Assembly: GCA_002430735.1 (NCBI GenBank)
Contig: DJCV01000013.1
Coordinates: forward strand, 33,460 to 97,459
Source of the DNA: Candidatus Woesebacteria bacterium UBA5941
Lineage (GTDB): Bacteria > Patescibacteriota > Microgenomatia > UBA8517
Length of the DNA stretch: 64,000 nt
Direction: 5' to 3'
The position numbers and the translations under genes were made by a program. Below the pieces are notes generated by a model, which was not told where the DNA came from, ran no database searches, and saw only the letters and a program-made list of their open reading frames with translations. Below are positions 32,493 to 40,269 of this stretch, piece after piece; within the stretch, counting starts at the first letter, position 1; every line of letters begins with the position of its first letter.

Positions 32493-33233
32493 ATGGATAC
32501 TGAAGTGAAAAGTGAAAAAAAGAAGCGGCGTGTTCCTCAATTTTTAATTACCAAGATTCTTCCACTGGTTCTTGTTGCGACGATTGGAGCTGCTGGAATG
32601 TACCTACTTGTAAGCAAGAACCCGTCTGTCATGGGAATTACTACTAATAGTGAAGCCGACAGTGCGAAAGAAGTGGAAGCGCTCGTAAATGAGGTTAATA
32701 AAATAATGACGCTGCCTACTGATGAATCGCCAACGATTGCGACCGTGAGTGACGCAGAAAAAATTAAGGCTCAATCATTTTTTAAAAACGCTCAGAATGG
32801 AGACAAGCTCTTGGTATATACCAAAGGACGAAAAGCAATTCTCTATAGACCAAGCGATAAACGTATTATTGATGTCGGTGTTATAAACATTAACCAACCA
32901 CAAGCAAACGCAACTACTTCTGGGTCACAACAAAATATCACCCCTGCCACTAAAACATATCGAATCGCTCTCTATAATGGCACGACAACCGTCGGAGCTA
33001 CAAAAGAGGTGGAAGGAGCAGTCAAAGCAGTATTTCAAGACGCACAGTTTGTAGAACGCTCTGTCGCAGCCCTTACAGATTATGCGGAAACAATTGTTGT
33101 TGACCTGAATGGAAACCGTGGAGATGACGCAAAGAAAATTGCAGAAGCATTAAGAGTTTCATTGAGTGCACTTCCAGATGGAGAAGAGAAACCTGAGAAT
33201 GCAGACTTTTTGATTATCGTTGGTGGGCAATAA
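32493..33233 (+). CDS. LytR_C domain-containing membrane protein (paralogue of 31683-32417).
   Basis: It is about 45% identical to the neighbouring gene, with 'TVSDAEKIKAQSFFKNAQNGDKLLVY' and 'IALYNGTTTVGATKEV...ETIVVDLNG'. Confidence 0.55.
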   Translation: MDTEVKSEKKKRRVPQFLITKILPLVLVATIGAAGMYLLVSKNPSVMGITTNSEADSAKEVEALVNEVNKIMTLPTDESPTIATVSDAEKIKAQSFFKNAQNGDKLLVYTKGRKAILYRPSDKRIIDVGVININQPQANATTSGSQQNITPATKTYRIALYNGTTTVGATKEVEGAVKAVFQDAQFVERSVAALTDYAETIVVDLNGNRGDDAKKIAEALRVSLSALPDGEEKPENADFLIIVGGQ

Positions 33234-33260
33234 AAAAAGGCCGTTTAGGTAAACGGCCCC
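33232..33260 (-). terminator. Intrinsic terminator (9-bp perfect stem, GG loop) with the U-tract on the minus strand.
   Basis: On the + strand the sequence is ggccgttta-gg-taaacggcc, preceded by aaaaaaa. Read on the minus strand this gives a hairpin followed by TTTTTTT, directly downstream of the minus-strand ORF 33275-33592. Confidence 0.65.
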
Positions 33261-33274
33261 TTGTCGAAATGAGG

Positions 33275-33592
33275 TTATGTATTCGCTGTGTCTGTGGTTT
33301 TTTTGCGCCGAAAAAGCTCTTGTGGCAGCGCTGCCATTTTTTCTTCTGCTTTCGGTGTAAAGAATGCTGCGGCCTCCGCGCTCACATATGCCTTCACAAT
33401 AATTGCAATCCAGCTTAAGAGTGAAACACCAAAGAGCGACGCAATCAGCGTTGCCGGGTTTAATGTTACAACCAGTGGTGCTCCATTAATGAGAATTGCT
33501 GGAGTGCTAAGCACCCAGATTGGCTCAACTTGCAGGATTGCAGTGTCGTTAAGAGCTGCGGCACAGACGAGTACAAGTATTACGAAAACCAT
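33275..33592 (-). CDS. Hypothetical small membrane protein.
   Basis: The 105-aa ORF has hydrophobic segments and is followed by the intrinsic terminator oriented for this strand. The overlapping + ORF 33288-33617 is judged less likely. Confidence 0.4.
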   Translation of the reverse strand: MVFVILVLVCAAALNDTAILQVEPIWVLSTPAILINGAPLVVTLNPATLIASLFGVSLLSWIAIIVKAYVSAEAAAFFTPKAEEKMAALPQELFRRKKTTDTANT

Positions 33593-33678
33593 GATCTGCT
33601 CCTCTCAATTTCGATAGCCTATAATAGCATCATTCGCACTCACTGTCAAAACGGCAGCCTTGACGGGGTAGACCCAGT

Positions 33679-33906
33679 TTGATACAGTGCCTACACATGG
33701 CTGAGAAGAAAGCGCTTGATTTAAAAAATTTACCAGACCTACTCACAGTGAGGGAGGTTGCAGAAGTACTTCGTGTATCACCGCTCACGATCAAAAGATG
33801 GGGAAAGAAGGGTATTTTGCCTCCAATTCGTATTAATTCACGGGGAGATAGACGATATAAAAAGGAAGCTGTCCTTTGGAAATTAGGTATTACTTCTGAA
33901 AGTTAA
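33679..33906 (+). CDS. Small MerR/excisionase-type (HTH_17-like) DNA-binding protein.
   Basis: 'LLTVREVAEVLRVSPLTIKRWGKKGIL...GDRRY' matches the HTH family found twice at the N-terminus of the giant protein. The likely true start is the internal MAEKK methionine. Confidence 0.65.
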   Translation: MIQCLHMAEKKALDLKNLPDLLTVREVAEVLRVSPLTIKRWGKKGILPPIRINSRGDRRYKKEAVLWKLGITSES

Positions 33907-33982
33907 TTCGTTTCTCGCTAAAAATGTGCTTCCGCTCTTGTTTTTGACGTTTTTGTAGTATAATACGCTCAACTTCTCTTCT

Positions 33983-34903
33983 ATGAAGAAATCCCTTATT
34001 ACTGTCACTACTGTGCTGTCACTTGTACTGAGCGTGCATGATATTCACGCTCAAACAGTCGTTCCTACTGCACGTCCGCGGGTCACAAGAACCGCGACTC
34101 CTACCGTGAGTCCAACTCCCTCTGAAACACCCGTTCCTACAGTCGAACCGGTTCCTACACAAAGGCCTGATATTACCCAAAGAACTGAAGAATCAGTCGG
34201 TCCGCTTGAAAAGATTTTGAAAGAAGAATCTTTAGGAGCAGTATGGAAGGCTCCACTTAAGCATGTTATCGCTCGAGCAGTTAAAAACGGAGTACCAGCA
34301 AATACTGTTGTACTGCTTCTCTTGTTGCCTGTGGTAGCTGCCTTCGTCGCAGGTGCAAGACATTTATTAGGACTTCAAGGGTTCGGGATCTTACTGCCTG
34401 CAGCGCTTGCTATTTCATTCTTAGCACTTGGCCCAATTGTTGGAATCGGCATGTTTTTAGTGATCATTGGAAGTTCAACACTTGGACGTATGTTCTTGCG
34501 TAAGATTAAGCTAAGACTACACTATTTACCTCGAATGTCCTTGCTCCTTGCATTTACAGTGCTCTGTATTTTAGGCGTGCTATTACTTGGCTCAACGATT
34601 AATGTCTCAGGTATTACCAACGTCTCAATTTTCCCCGTACTCTTTTTAGTTCTTCTCTCTGAAGACTTTATTCGTGTGCAATTAGGGAAGAGCTTCCATA
34701 CTGCCGTCAATATTACCGCTCAAACACTCTTGCTCGCGCTTGTTTCATACTTCTTCCTAACACTTTCTGAAATTCAGATGTTTGCTATTAAATATCCAGA
34801 AATCTTAATTGGGGGAGTACTTGTCATTAACATCGTATTAGGAAAGTTTTCCGGGCTCAGACTTCTTGAGTACTACCGTTTTAGAAAGTTAATTAAAAAG
34901 TAA
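33983..34903 (+). CDS. Membrane protein with a signal peptide, a Pro/Thr-rich linker and 6-7 TM helices (a '7TM' receptor-like module of the kind linked to RimK-type ligase systems).
   Basis: The signal peptide plus 'PTARPRVTRTATPTVSPTPSETPVPTVEPVPT' linker is followed by at least 6 hydrophobic helices. It lies immediately upstream of the ATP-grasp/protease/RimK genes. Confidence 0.55.
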   Translation: MKKSLITVTTVLSLVLSVHDIHAQTVVPTARPRVTRTATPTVSPTPSETPVPTVEPVPTQRPDITQRTEESVGPLEKILKEESLGAVWKAPLKHVIARAVKNGVPANTVVLLLLLPVVAAFVAGARHLLGLQGFGILLPAALAISFLALGPIVGIGMFLVIIGSSTLGRMFLRKIKLRLHYLPRMSLLLAFTVLCILGVLLLGSTINVSGITNVSIFPVLFLVLLSEDFIRVQLGKSFHTAVNITAQTLLLALVSYFFLTLSEIQMFAIKYPEILIGGVLVINIVLGKFSGLRLLEYYRFRKLIKK

Positions 34904-34913
34904 CCTTACCACT

Positions 34914-36227
34914 ATGAAACTGAATCACATCCTAGGGCTGAACGCTCGAAGCCAGCATTTTACGTTCCAAAGTAACACCCGCGAGGGGAAGCGTATTGCA
35001 AAGTCTAAAATCCTCACAGCAAAACATCTCAAAAAACTCGGAATCCCTACACCGCGCATCTATAAAAAGTTTTTTAAGCCAGAACATATCATGGATTTTG
35101 ACTGGAAGCAGCTGCCTTCAAGCTTTGCATTAAAACCAAGCAAAGGATTGGGTGGTGGGGGAATTATTGTGATCAAAAGAAAGAGTAAAGACGGAAAATT
35201 CTGGACTACAACCAATAAAGAGAAGCTCACCATAGACGATATGAAGCTCCATGTACTCGACATTTTAGAAGGAGCGTTTAGTATTGGCAGTGTTCCAGAC
35301 TCAGCTTTTATTCAAGAATATGTAGGTCGTCACAAGGCATTTACGCGATACGCGTACCGTGGAACTCCCGATATTCGCGTTATCGTGTTTAACAAAGTTC
35401 CGGTTATGGCAATGTTGCGACTTCCCACTAAAGAAAGTGGAGGAAGGGCAAATCTTCACCAAGGCGCTGTTGGAGTGGGTATCGATATCGCAACAGGGGT
35501 CACGACAAAGGCAATATGGCATGGGGAACCGATTAAATATAAGCCTGATTCAGACCGTAAGCTCACTGGAGTCAAGATTCCACAGTGGACTAAGATTCTT
35601 GAAACGGCCGCAAAATCGGCCGAAATTCCAGGACTTGGGTATATGGGCGTAGATATTGTGCTGCATCCAGAACGAGGACCAATGGTACTTGAAGTTAATA
35701 GCCAACCAGGTCTCCAGATTCAGCTTGCAAACTTAAGCGGCCTTAAAAAGCGTCTTGAGCGTGTGGATGATCTCGATGTTCAAGGGTTCGAACAAGGCGT
35801 TCGTATTGCCAAAGCGCTGTTTGCTGATAAGGAAGTGGTTGTCAGCATGAAGGCAGAAGAGGGAATTCAGACGGTAACTGCAGTACAAGAAATCACTCTC
35901 CGAGGCGAAAATAAAAAGAAAATGCAGGTTATGGCAAAACTAGATACAGGGGCATGGCGAACTTCTATTAGTCGTGATATCGCTGAAGACTTAGGATTGT
36001 TAAAGCCAGGTAACATTTTGTGGGAAAAGCGTGTGCAAAGCAGCTTAGGACTTGAACGCAGACCAATTATTCTTTTGACCTTTGTCCTTGCAGGGCGCAA
36101 AATAACCACAGATGCATCTGTGGCTCAACGAGCGTCGCTCAAATACCCAATGATTGTCGGTCGAAAGAATTTGAAAGGTTTTCTTATAGACCCAGGAATC
36201 AGGTATAATAAAAAGAATAGAGTATGA
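34914..36227 (+). CDS. Fusion of an ATP-grasp protein (alpha-L-glutamate-ligase-related, rimK_rel_E_lig-like) and a retropepsin-like clan-AA aspartic protease.
   Basis: N-terminal ATP-grasp motifs are 'FALKPSKGLGGGGIIVI', 'DIRVIVFNKVPVMAMLRLP' and 'ANLHQGAVGVGIDIATG'. The C-terminal 'KLDTGAWRTSIS' (DTGA active-site motif) and 'MIVGRKNLKGFLIDP' are typical of retropepsin-like proteases found next to RimK-related ligases. Confidence 0.7.
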   Translation: MKLNHILGLNARSQHFTFQSNTREGKRIAKSKILTAKHLKKLGIPTPRIYKKFFKPEHIMDFDWKQLPSSFALKPSKGLGGGGIIVIKRKSKDGKFWTTTNKEKLTIDDMKLHVLDILEGAFSIGSVPDSAFIQEYVGRHKAFTRYAYRGTPDIRVIVFNKVPVMAMLRLPTKESGGRANLHQGAVGVGIDIATGVTTKAIWHGEPIKYKPDSDRKLTGVKIPQWTKILETAAKSAEIPGLGYMGVDIVLHPERGPMVLEVNSQPGLQIQLANLSGLKKRLERVDDLDVQGFEQGVRIAKALFADKEVVVSMKAEEGIQTVTAVQEITLRGENKKKMQVMAKLDTGAWRTSISRDIAEDLGLLKPGNILWEKRVQSSLGLERRPIILLTFVLAGRKITTDASVAQRASLKYPMIVGRKNLKGFLIDPGIRYNKKNRV

Positions 36228-37102
36228 AAATTACCCTCCTAACAACACTCCCTAGTTTAATTGAAAACCGCCGTATTAAAGAAGAAGTTGAGGCAAGAGG
36301 AGATACCTTTGCACTTGTGGATATGAAGGAATTCTCTTATAAGGTCATAAACGATACTCTTTCAGTACCTCAAATGGATGTATTACTTGCAAGCGATGTT
36401 GTTATTGTAAGAGGAATCTTTAATGCAGTGAAATCAATTGCTTCCCTTGTTGCCTATTTAAGAGCGAAAGGTGTTCGCGTGTTCGACAATAATTTGAGCT
36501 CACACCCGTATTCTATTGATAAAGTAGTTGATGTTTTTAAGCTCGCTTTAGCTCACATCCCAACTCCAAACACTGTGTACGCAAGGTCATTTGATGAATA
36601 CCCACAGCTACTGGAACAAGTAGGGTACCCCGCTATTATCAAATCAACACGGATGGGGAAGGGAGTGGGGGTAAATAAATATGACACAAAAGAGGAGGCC
36701 GCGCAGTACATTAATGAGCTCAAATCAAACGATGCGAATGCGAAAAGTTACCTTATTCAATCATACATTCCATATGAACACGACCTTCGTGTACTTGTTA
36801 TTGGTCGCACAATGTATGCGATGAAAAGAATACCTCAATCTGGTGAATTTAGGGCGAATTTTTCGCTTGGAGGCAGTGTCGAGCCCTTCCCTTTGACGCC
36901 TGAAATTGAAGAGCTTTCGTTGAGAGCAATTACTGCCGTTGGATTAGAAATTGCAGGAGTAGATATTTTAATTGAACCGAATGGAAAAAAGTACATTCTG
37001 GAGGTAAACCACACTCCTGGATTTGAAGGTATGGAAAAAGCGCTTAACAGTAATATTGGCAGTAAGTTTTTAGAATACGTTCTAGACGCCGCTCATATAT
37101 AA
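36224..37102 (+). CDS. RimK-family ATP-grasp alpha-L-glutamate ligase.
   Basis: It has 'GYPAIIKSTRMGKGVGV', 'YLIQSYIPYEHDLRVLVIG', 'GEFRANFSLGGS', 'AGVDILIEPNGKKYILEVNHTPGF', and an ATGA overlap with the upstream gene. Confidence 0.8.
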   Translation: MKITLLTTLPSLIENRRIKEEVEARGDTFALVDMKEFSYKVINDTLSVPQMDVLLASDVVIVRGIFNAVKSIASLVAYLRAKGVRVFDNNLSSHPYSIDKVVDVFKLALAHIPTPNTVYARSFDEYPQLLEQVGYPAIIKSTRMGKGVGVNKYDTKEEAAQYINELKSNDANAKSYLIQSYIPYEHDLRVLVIGRTMYAMKRIPQSGEFRANFSLGGSVEPFPLTPEIEELSLRAITAVGLEIAGVDILIEPNGKKYILEVNHTPGFEGMEKALNSNIGSKFLEYVLDAAHI

Positions 37103-37109
37103 TACCCAT

Positions 37110-38003
37110 ATGAAAATCCTTATTGTCGGCTTAAAAACGAATCCACAGCTTTATCGCTTGCAAGATGAGGCTGTTAAAAGAGGCCATCAGATTCACGGGT
37201 GTCTGACATCGGATCTTTCAATTGAGGCCTCTCAAAACGCATTTAAACCAGCCCTTTTGGAAGAAGACATTACCAGTTTTGACGTTATTTATTTATGGGC
37301 ACTTGGGAAACGACGATGGGAATGGTGCACTGCATGTTTATGGTTACAAGAACATTATGGAACTGTTATCGTAAATCAAAAATTAATTGATCCGACATAC
37401 AATTATTTTTTAAGTCCTGCAATTGATTATTTGCGACAAAAAGAAAACAAATTATTATTTCCAAAATCTGCAATTTTATTTTCATTAAAAACTTTAAACA
37501 AAGTTATCAAAAATTTTGAATTTCCATTAGTTGTTAAACCAAGCAATGGTCGCCAAGGCCGCGGCGTTTCTAAGGTACATACATTAGCAGAACTCTATAA
37601 ATCAATTGATGCGTTAAATGAAGACGAATCCCCAGCCTTTGTGTTACGTGAATTTATCCCGAATGATGGGGATATTCGTGTGTTTACGGTGGGATATAAG
37701 GCTATTGGGGCAATGAAAAGAACCCCTAAAAAAGGTGATTTTCGCAGTAACATTAGCCAAGGTGGCAGCGGAAAAAGTTTTAGTTTAGCCAAAAACCCTG
37801 AAGTGAAGAAAATTGCAGAAAAATTAAGCAAAATCACCCGAACTGAGATTGCGGGGGTAGACATAATGATCCACAAGAAGACTAAAAAGCCATATATTTT
37901 AGAAATCAACCCCGGTCCCCAATTCACAGGATTTGAGAAGTTTACTAAAATGAATGCTGCAAAAGAGATTATCCTCTACTTTGAGAAAATCGCGAAGAAA
38001 TAA
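37110..38003 (+). CDS. RimK-family ATP-grasp ligase (second paralogue).
   Basis: It has 'FPLVVKPSNGRQGRGV', 'VLREFIPNDGDIRVFTVG', 'GDFRSNISQGGS' and 'AGVDIMIHKKTKKPYILEINPGPQF'. Confidence 0.75.
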   Translation: MKILIVGLKTNPQLYRLQDEAVKRGHQIHGCLTSDLSIEASQNAFKPALLEEDITSFDVIYLWALGKRRWEWCTACLWLQEHYGTVIVNQKLIDPTYNYFLSPAIDYLRQKENKLLFPKSAILFSLKTLNKVIKNFEFPLVVKPSNGRQGRGVSKVHTLAELYKSIDALNEDESPAFVLREFIPNDGDIRVFTVGYKAIGAMKRTPKKGDFRSNISQGGSGKSFSLAKNPEVKKIAEKLSKITRTEIAGVDIMIHKKTKKPYILEINPGPQFTGFEKFTKMNAAKEIILYFEKIAKK

Positions 38004-38005
38004 AA

Positions 38006-38030
38006 ACGTCCACACGATGTGTGTGGACGT
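38006..38030 (-). terminator. Intrinsic terminator (10-bp perfect stem) oriented for the minus-strand gene 38056-38466.
   Basis: The + strand reads acgtccacac-gatgt-gtgtggacgt, preceded by an A-run. This gives the U-tract on the minus strand. Confidence 0.6.
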
Positions 38031-38055
38031 ATCCCCAATTTGAGCGATATCTATA

Positions 38056-38466
38056 TTATTCAGGCATTGTGAACTGGATGTCGGTTATGTTCAGGGAAAT
38101 TTCATGACTACCATTTGCATCGGTGATGTTTACGATGAACTGGTTGTCATCGCCTTCCCCGTATACATGTATCGTTACATTCACTCCAGCACAAGTGAAT
38201 GATTCACGCAGCCGCTCAAATGCGTCACTCAAATTAAACTGCATTTCGGTGTCAGGAACTGGGATTGCTGATAAACCAAAGGGTATTTTCAGGATGTGTA
38301 CCTTCTGTTTGCTGTCCGTAACATGGACTTCAAACTGATCTTCGTCGTTCTCCCCTAAAACTTCAATGGATATACCCGCGTTAAGAATACCTGTGACTTC
38401 ACGCAGTTGTTCAAATGCCGCACTGAGTGTATCCGTTACAGCCAACTGCTCATTATGAGTTAACAT
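38056..38466 (-). CDS. Hypothetical acidic protein built from two internally duplicated halves of about 60 aa.
   Basis: 'LSAAFEQLREVTGILNAGISIEVLGENDEDQFEVHVTD' and 'LSDAFERLRESFTCAGVNVTIHVYGEGDDNQFIVNITD' are an internal repeat. A terminator lies downstream. Confidence 0.5.
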   Translation of the reverse strand: MLTHNEQLAVTDTLSAAFEQLREVTGILNAGISIEVLGENDEDQFEVHVTDSKQKVHILKIPFGLSAIPVPDTEMQFNLSDAFERLRESFTCAGVNVTIHVYGEGDDNQFIVNITDANGSHEISLNITDIQFTMPE

Positions 38467-38553
38467 TATTGTCTCCTTAAACTCAAATCGGTAACCGATA
38501 GTGTACTACTCAAGCCATCGTAAGTCAAAAAAGTAGCCTATATTGTATAAAAA

Positions 38554-38589
38554 TGGTATAATGCCCTATCGTTTTTCTGCATGAGGAGG
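38554..38589 (+). promoter_or_regulatory. Extended -10 sigma70-type promoter (TGgTATAAT) plus a strong Shine-Dalgarno (GAGGAGG) for ORF 38595-39161.
   Basis: tggtataat lies at about 38554-38562. gaggagg lies 6 nt before the ATG at 38595. Confidence 0.5.
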
Positions 38590-38594
38590 CTGTT

Positions 38595-39161
38595 ATGTCT
38601 GCATACGAAAAGCTCGTTAAAAACCTCGATCCCGGCATCGAAGCATTCAAGGAAGGAACACTGCCCCAACGTCTGGGTGACTATGCCCAATTTCGCGTGA
38701 TGCTCAGGGCGTTGTTGATAGGAGCGGAAATTGACTTCACCGGGCATGAAGCCTGGTCTGAAGCACAATTTCGTCGTCTGGATCAAGGTCGCGGGCCGGC
38801 GGTGGTTGCAGCGCTTGGACGTGAACGTGCAGAACAAATGGTGCATGATGCCGTTGCATATGCCGAATGGTATATGGGCGAGCAGTATTCCAGCGTGGTG
38901 CTGGAAGCAGGTATGCGGCAGGTGTTGGCCGATGTTTTGGCGGTAGCCATCCTGGACGGTGAGCGTTCACAGAAAGCGTTCAACTCGCTCCAAAAGCGTG
39001 TTTTGGCTGGATATCGCCGGTTGGCCGAAAAGAAGAATGCATTGAAACAATACGTGCCAGCCATTGATGCCCTGTTTCAGGGTGACCTGCCTGACAGCGG
39101 TTTTGGCGCTACGCCTGTGGGCGGCCTGACTTTCGTCATGCACATGTTCGACTCTGAATAA
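38595..39161 (+). CDS. Hypothetical protein encoded by a compositionally foreign gene (about 54% GC, CTG-dominated leucine codons).
   Basis: The 188-aa ORF carries a canonical promoter/RBS upstream and a strong terminator downstream. Its GC content and codon usage differ sharply from flanking genes, and several spurious antisense ORFs appear because of the high GC. Confidence 0.6.
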   Translation: MSAYEKLVKNLDPGIEAFKEGTLPQRLGDYAQFRVMLRALLIGAEIDFTGHEAWSEAQFRRLDQGRGPAVVAALGRERAEQMVHDAVAYAEWYMGEQYSSVVLEAGMRQVLADVLAVAILDGERSQKAFNSLQKRVLAGYRRLAEKKNALKQYVPAIDALFQGDLPDSGFGATPVGGLTFVMHMFDSE

Positions 39162-39175
39162 GGGTTGAGCAGACC

Positions 39176-39212
39176 AGCTGGGGTGGATTCACATCTGCCC
39201 CAGCTTTTTTAT
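39176..39212 (+). terminator. Rho-independent terminator.
   Basis: The stem agctgggg/ccccagct has a 14-nt loop and is followed by tttttt. It lies immediately after the stop at 39161. Confidence 0.75.
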
Positions 39213-39228
39213 TTGATAAAATACCTAT

Positions 39229-39603
39229 ATGAACTATTTTCTTGCGAAAACAGAAGCTGAAGAGTATTCCATTGATGACCTGAAACGTGATGGAAAGATT
39301 CCGTGGACTGGAGTTAATAACCCGCAGGCTAAAAACTTTTTAAAGTCTATGGTGAAGGGAGACTTGGTATATATTTATCATACCGGTAATGTTAAGGCGA
39401 TTGTTGGATTAGCTGAAGTCATAGAAGAAGGTGAAGTACCAGTGTTTTCGTACAAAAAGACATTTACTCCTCCACTTGCAACACTCCATGAAATAAAATC
39501 ATATGAGGAGTTTTCAGATTTAAAGTTAGTCAGACAATCACGACTTTCAGTTATGGATGTTCCACCAAAACTTCTTTCATTTCTTCAAAAAAAGGCACAA
39601 TAA
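39229..39603 (+). CDS. EVE (PUA-like) domain protein.
   Basis: 'MNYFLAKTEAEEYSIDDLKRDGKIPWTGVNNPQAKNFLKSMVKGDLVYIYHTG..IVGLAEV' matches the EVE domain consensus (M.YWL.K.EP..FSI.DL...G...W.GVRN.QARN.L..M..GD..F.YHS). Confidence 0.7.
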   Translation: MNYFLAKTEAEEYSIDDLKRDGKIPWTGVNNPQAKNFLKSMVKGDLVYIYHTGNVKAIVGLAEVIEEGEVPVFSYKKTFTPPLATLHEIKSYEEFSDLKLVRQSRLSVMDVPPKLLSFLQKKAQ

Positions 39604-39642
39604 AAGCCGAAGATAGTTCCTCGGCTTTATTACGCATTGATC

Positions 39643-40242
39643 CTAAAAAGGTGCATAGAGATAAATGCGATGCGGCGCATTTGCTCGATCTCGAATTTCA
39701 ATGAAACCGTGCTTTGCCTCATAAAACGGTTCACCTTCATTTTGCATCAGTTTAAAAAGCGTTGTGAGCGCAAGCAAAATGTGTTCCTTGGCGGTGGTAA
39801 TCTCAGGCGGTGTCGCTAAACACATCCCAACGTTTGGAAATACCTTTACTTCAAGGTTCATGTGATCCAATTCTTCACCTATCAGGGTAAATGCATTGGT
39901 CACCCTGATCTCGGGCGTTCGATACGGGTTGATGGGATTTTCTACTGTCACAATCAAATGCGGATATGATGCCAAGTCACTGGTTATGTAAATGCCCTTT
40001 GGTGCATATCGTGGTTCTACTGTTGTGTATTGCTTGAGTAACCACATGATCACGTGGGTTAAATATTCCCCAGTGATATCTTTATCCCACGGATTTGATA
40101 AAAGCATTCCAGATTGCCGACTAACCATATTGGGTCGAATTCCCCAACGTGCTAATAACCTCGCCGCTTGACCTAAGACATTCTTTCCCTCTGACATGAG
40201 AACCTCCAAAATGTACACCTGTAATGTGGGCAAGTATATCAT
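39643..40242 (-). CDS. Hypothetical protein, with possible remote T-fold/GTP-cyclohydrolase-I-like similarity.
   Basis: The ORF is 199 aa, and the likely start is MSEGKNV (an internal Met about 15 codons in). Weak resemblance in 'KEHILLALTTLF...GFIEIRDRA' to the FolE C-terminal helix/'IRD' region is speculative. Confidence 0.4.
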   Translation of the reverse strand: MIYLPTLQVYILEVLMSEGKNVLGQAARLLARWGIRPNMVSRQSGMLLSNPWDKDITGEYLTHVIMWLLKQYTTVEPRYAPKGIYITSDLASYPHLIVTVENPINPYRTPEIRVTNAFTLIGEELDHMNLEVKVFPNVGMCLATPPEITTAKEHILLALTTLFKLMQNEGEPFYEAKHGFIEIRDRANAPHRIYLYAPF

Positions 40243-40269
40243 TTTACCCGTAAATATGCGAAAAAAATG

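Noticed and set aside
33288-33617. A + strand 109-aa ORF overlaps the minus-strand ORF 33275-33592.
   Set aside because: The intrinsic terminator at 33232-33260 has its U-tract on the minus strand and sits just downstream of the minus ORF. The minus ORF has clearer TM character. Only one of the two can be real, and the minus ORF is favoured at low confidence.
38731-39064. Three overlapping ORFs (38731-38946 +, 38737-38970 -, 38783-39064 -) lie inside the GC-rich cassette.
   Set aside because: They are artefacts of high GC content and low stop-codon frequency. The 38595-39161 frame has the promoter, RBS and terminator and is the coding frame.
39643-40242. The 'FPNVGMCL' segment could be read as an E2/UBC-like active-site motif (HPN..G.ICL).
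   Set aside because: The His is missing, the spacing is wrong, and the flanking sequence does not fit the UBC fold. A weak T-fold-like hint is retained at low confidence.
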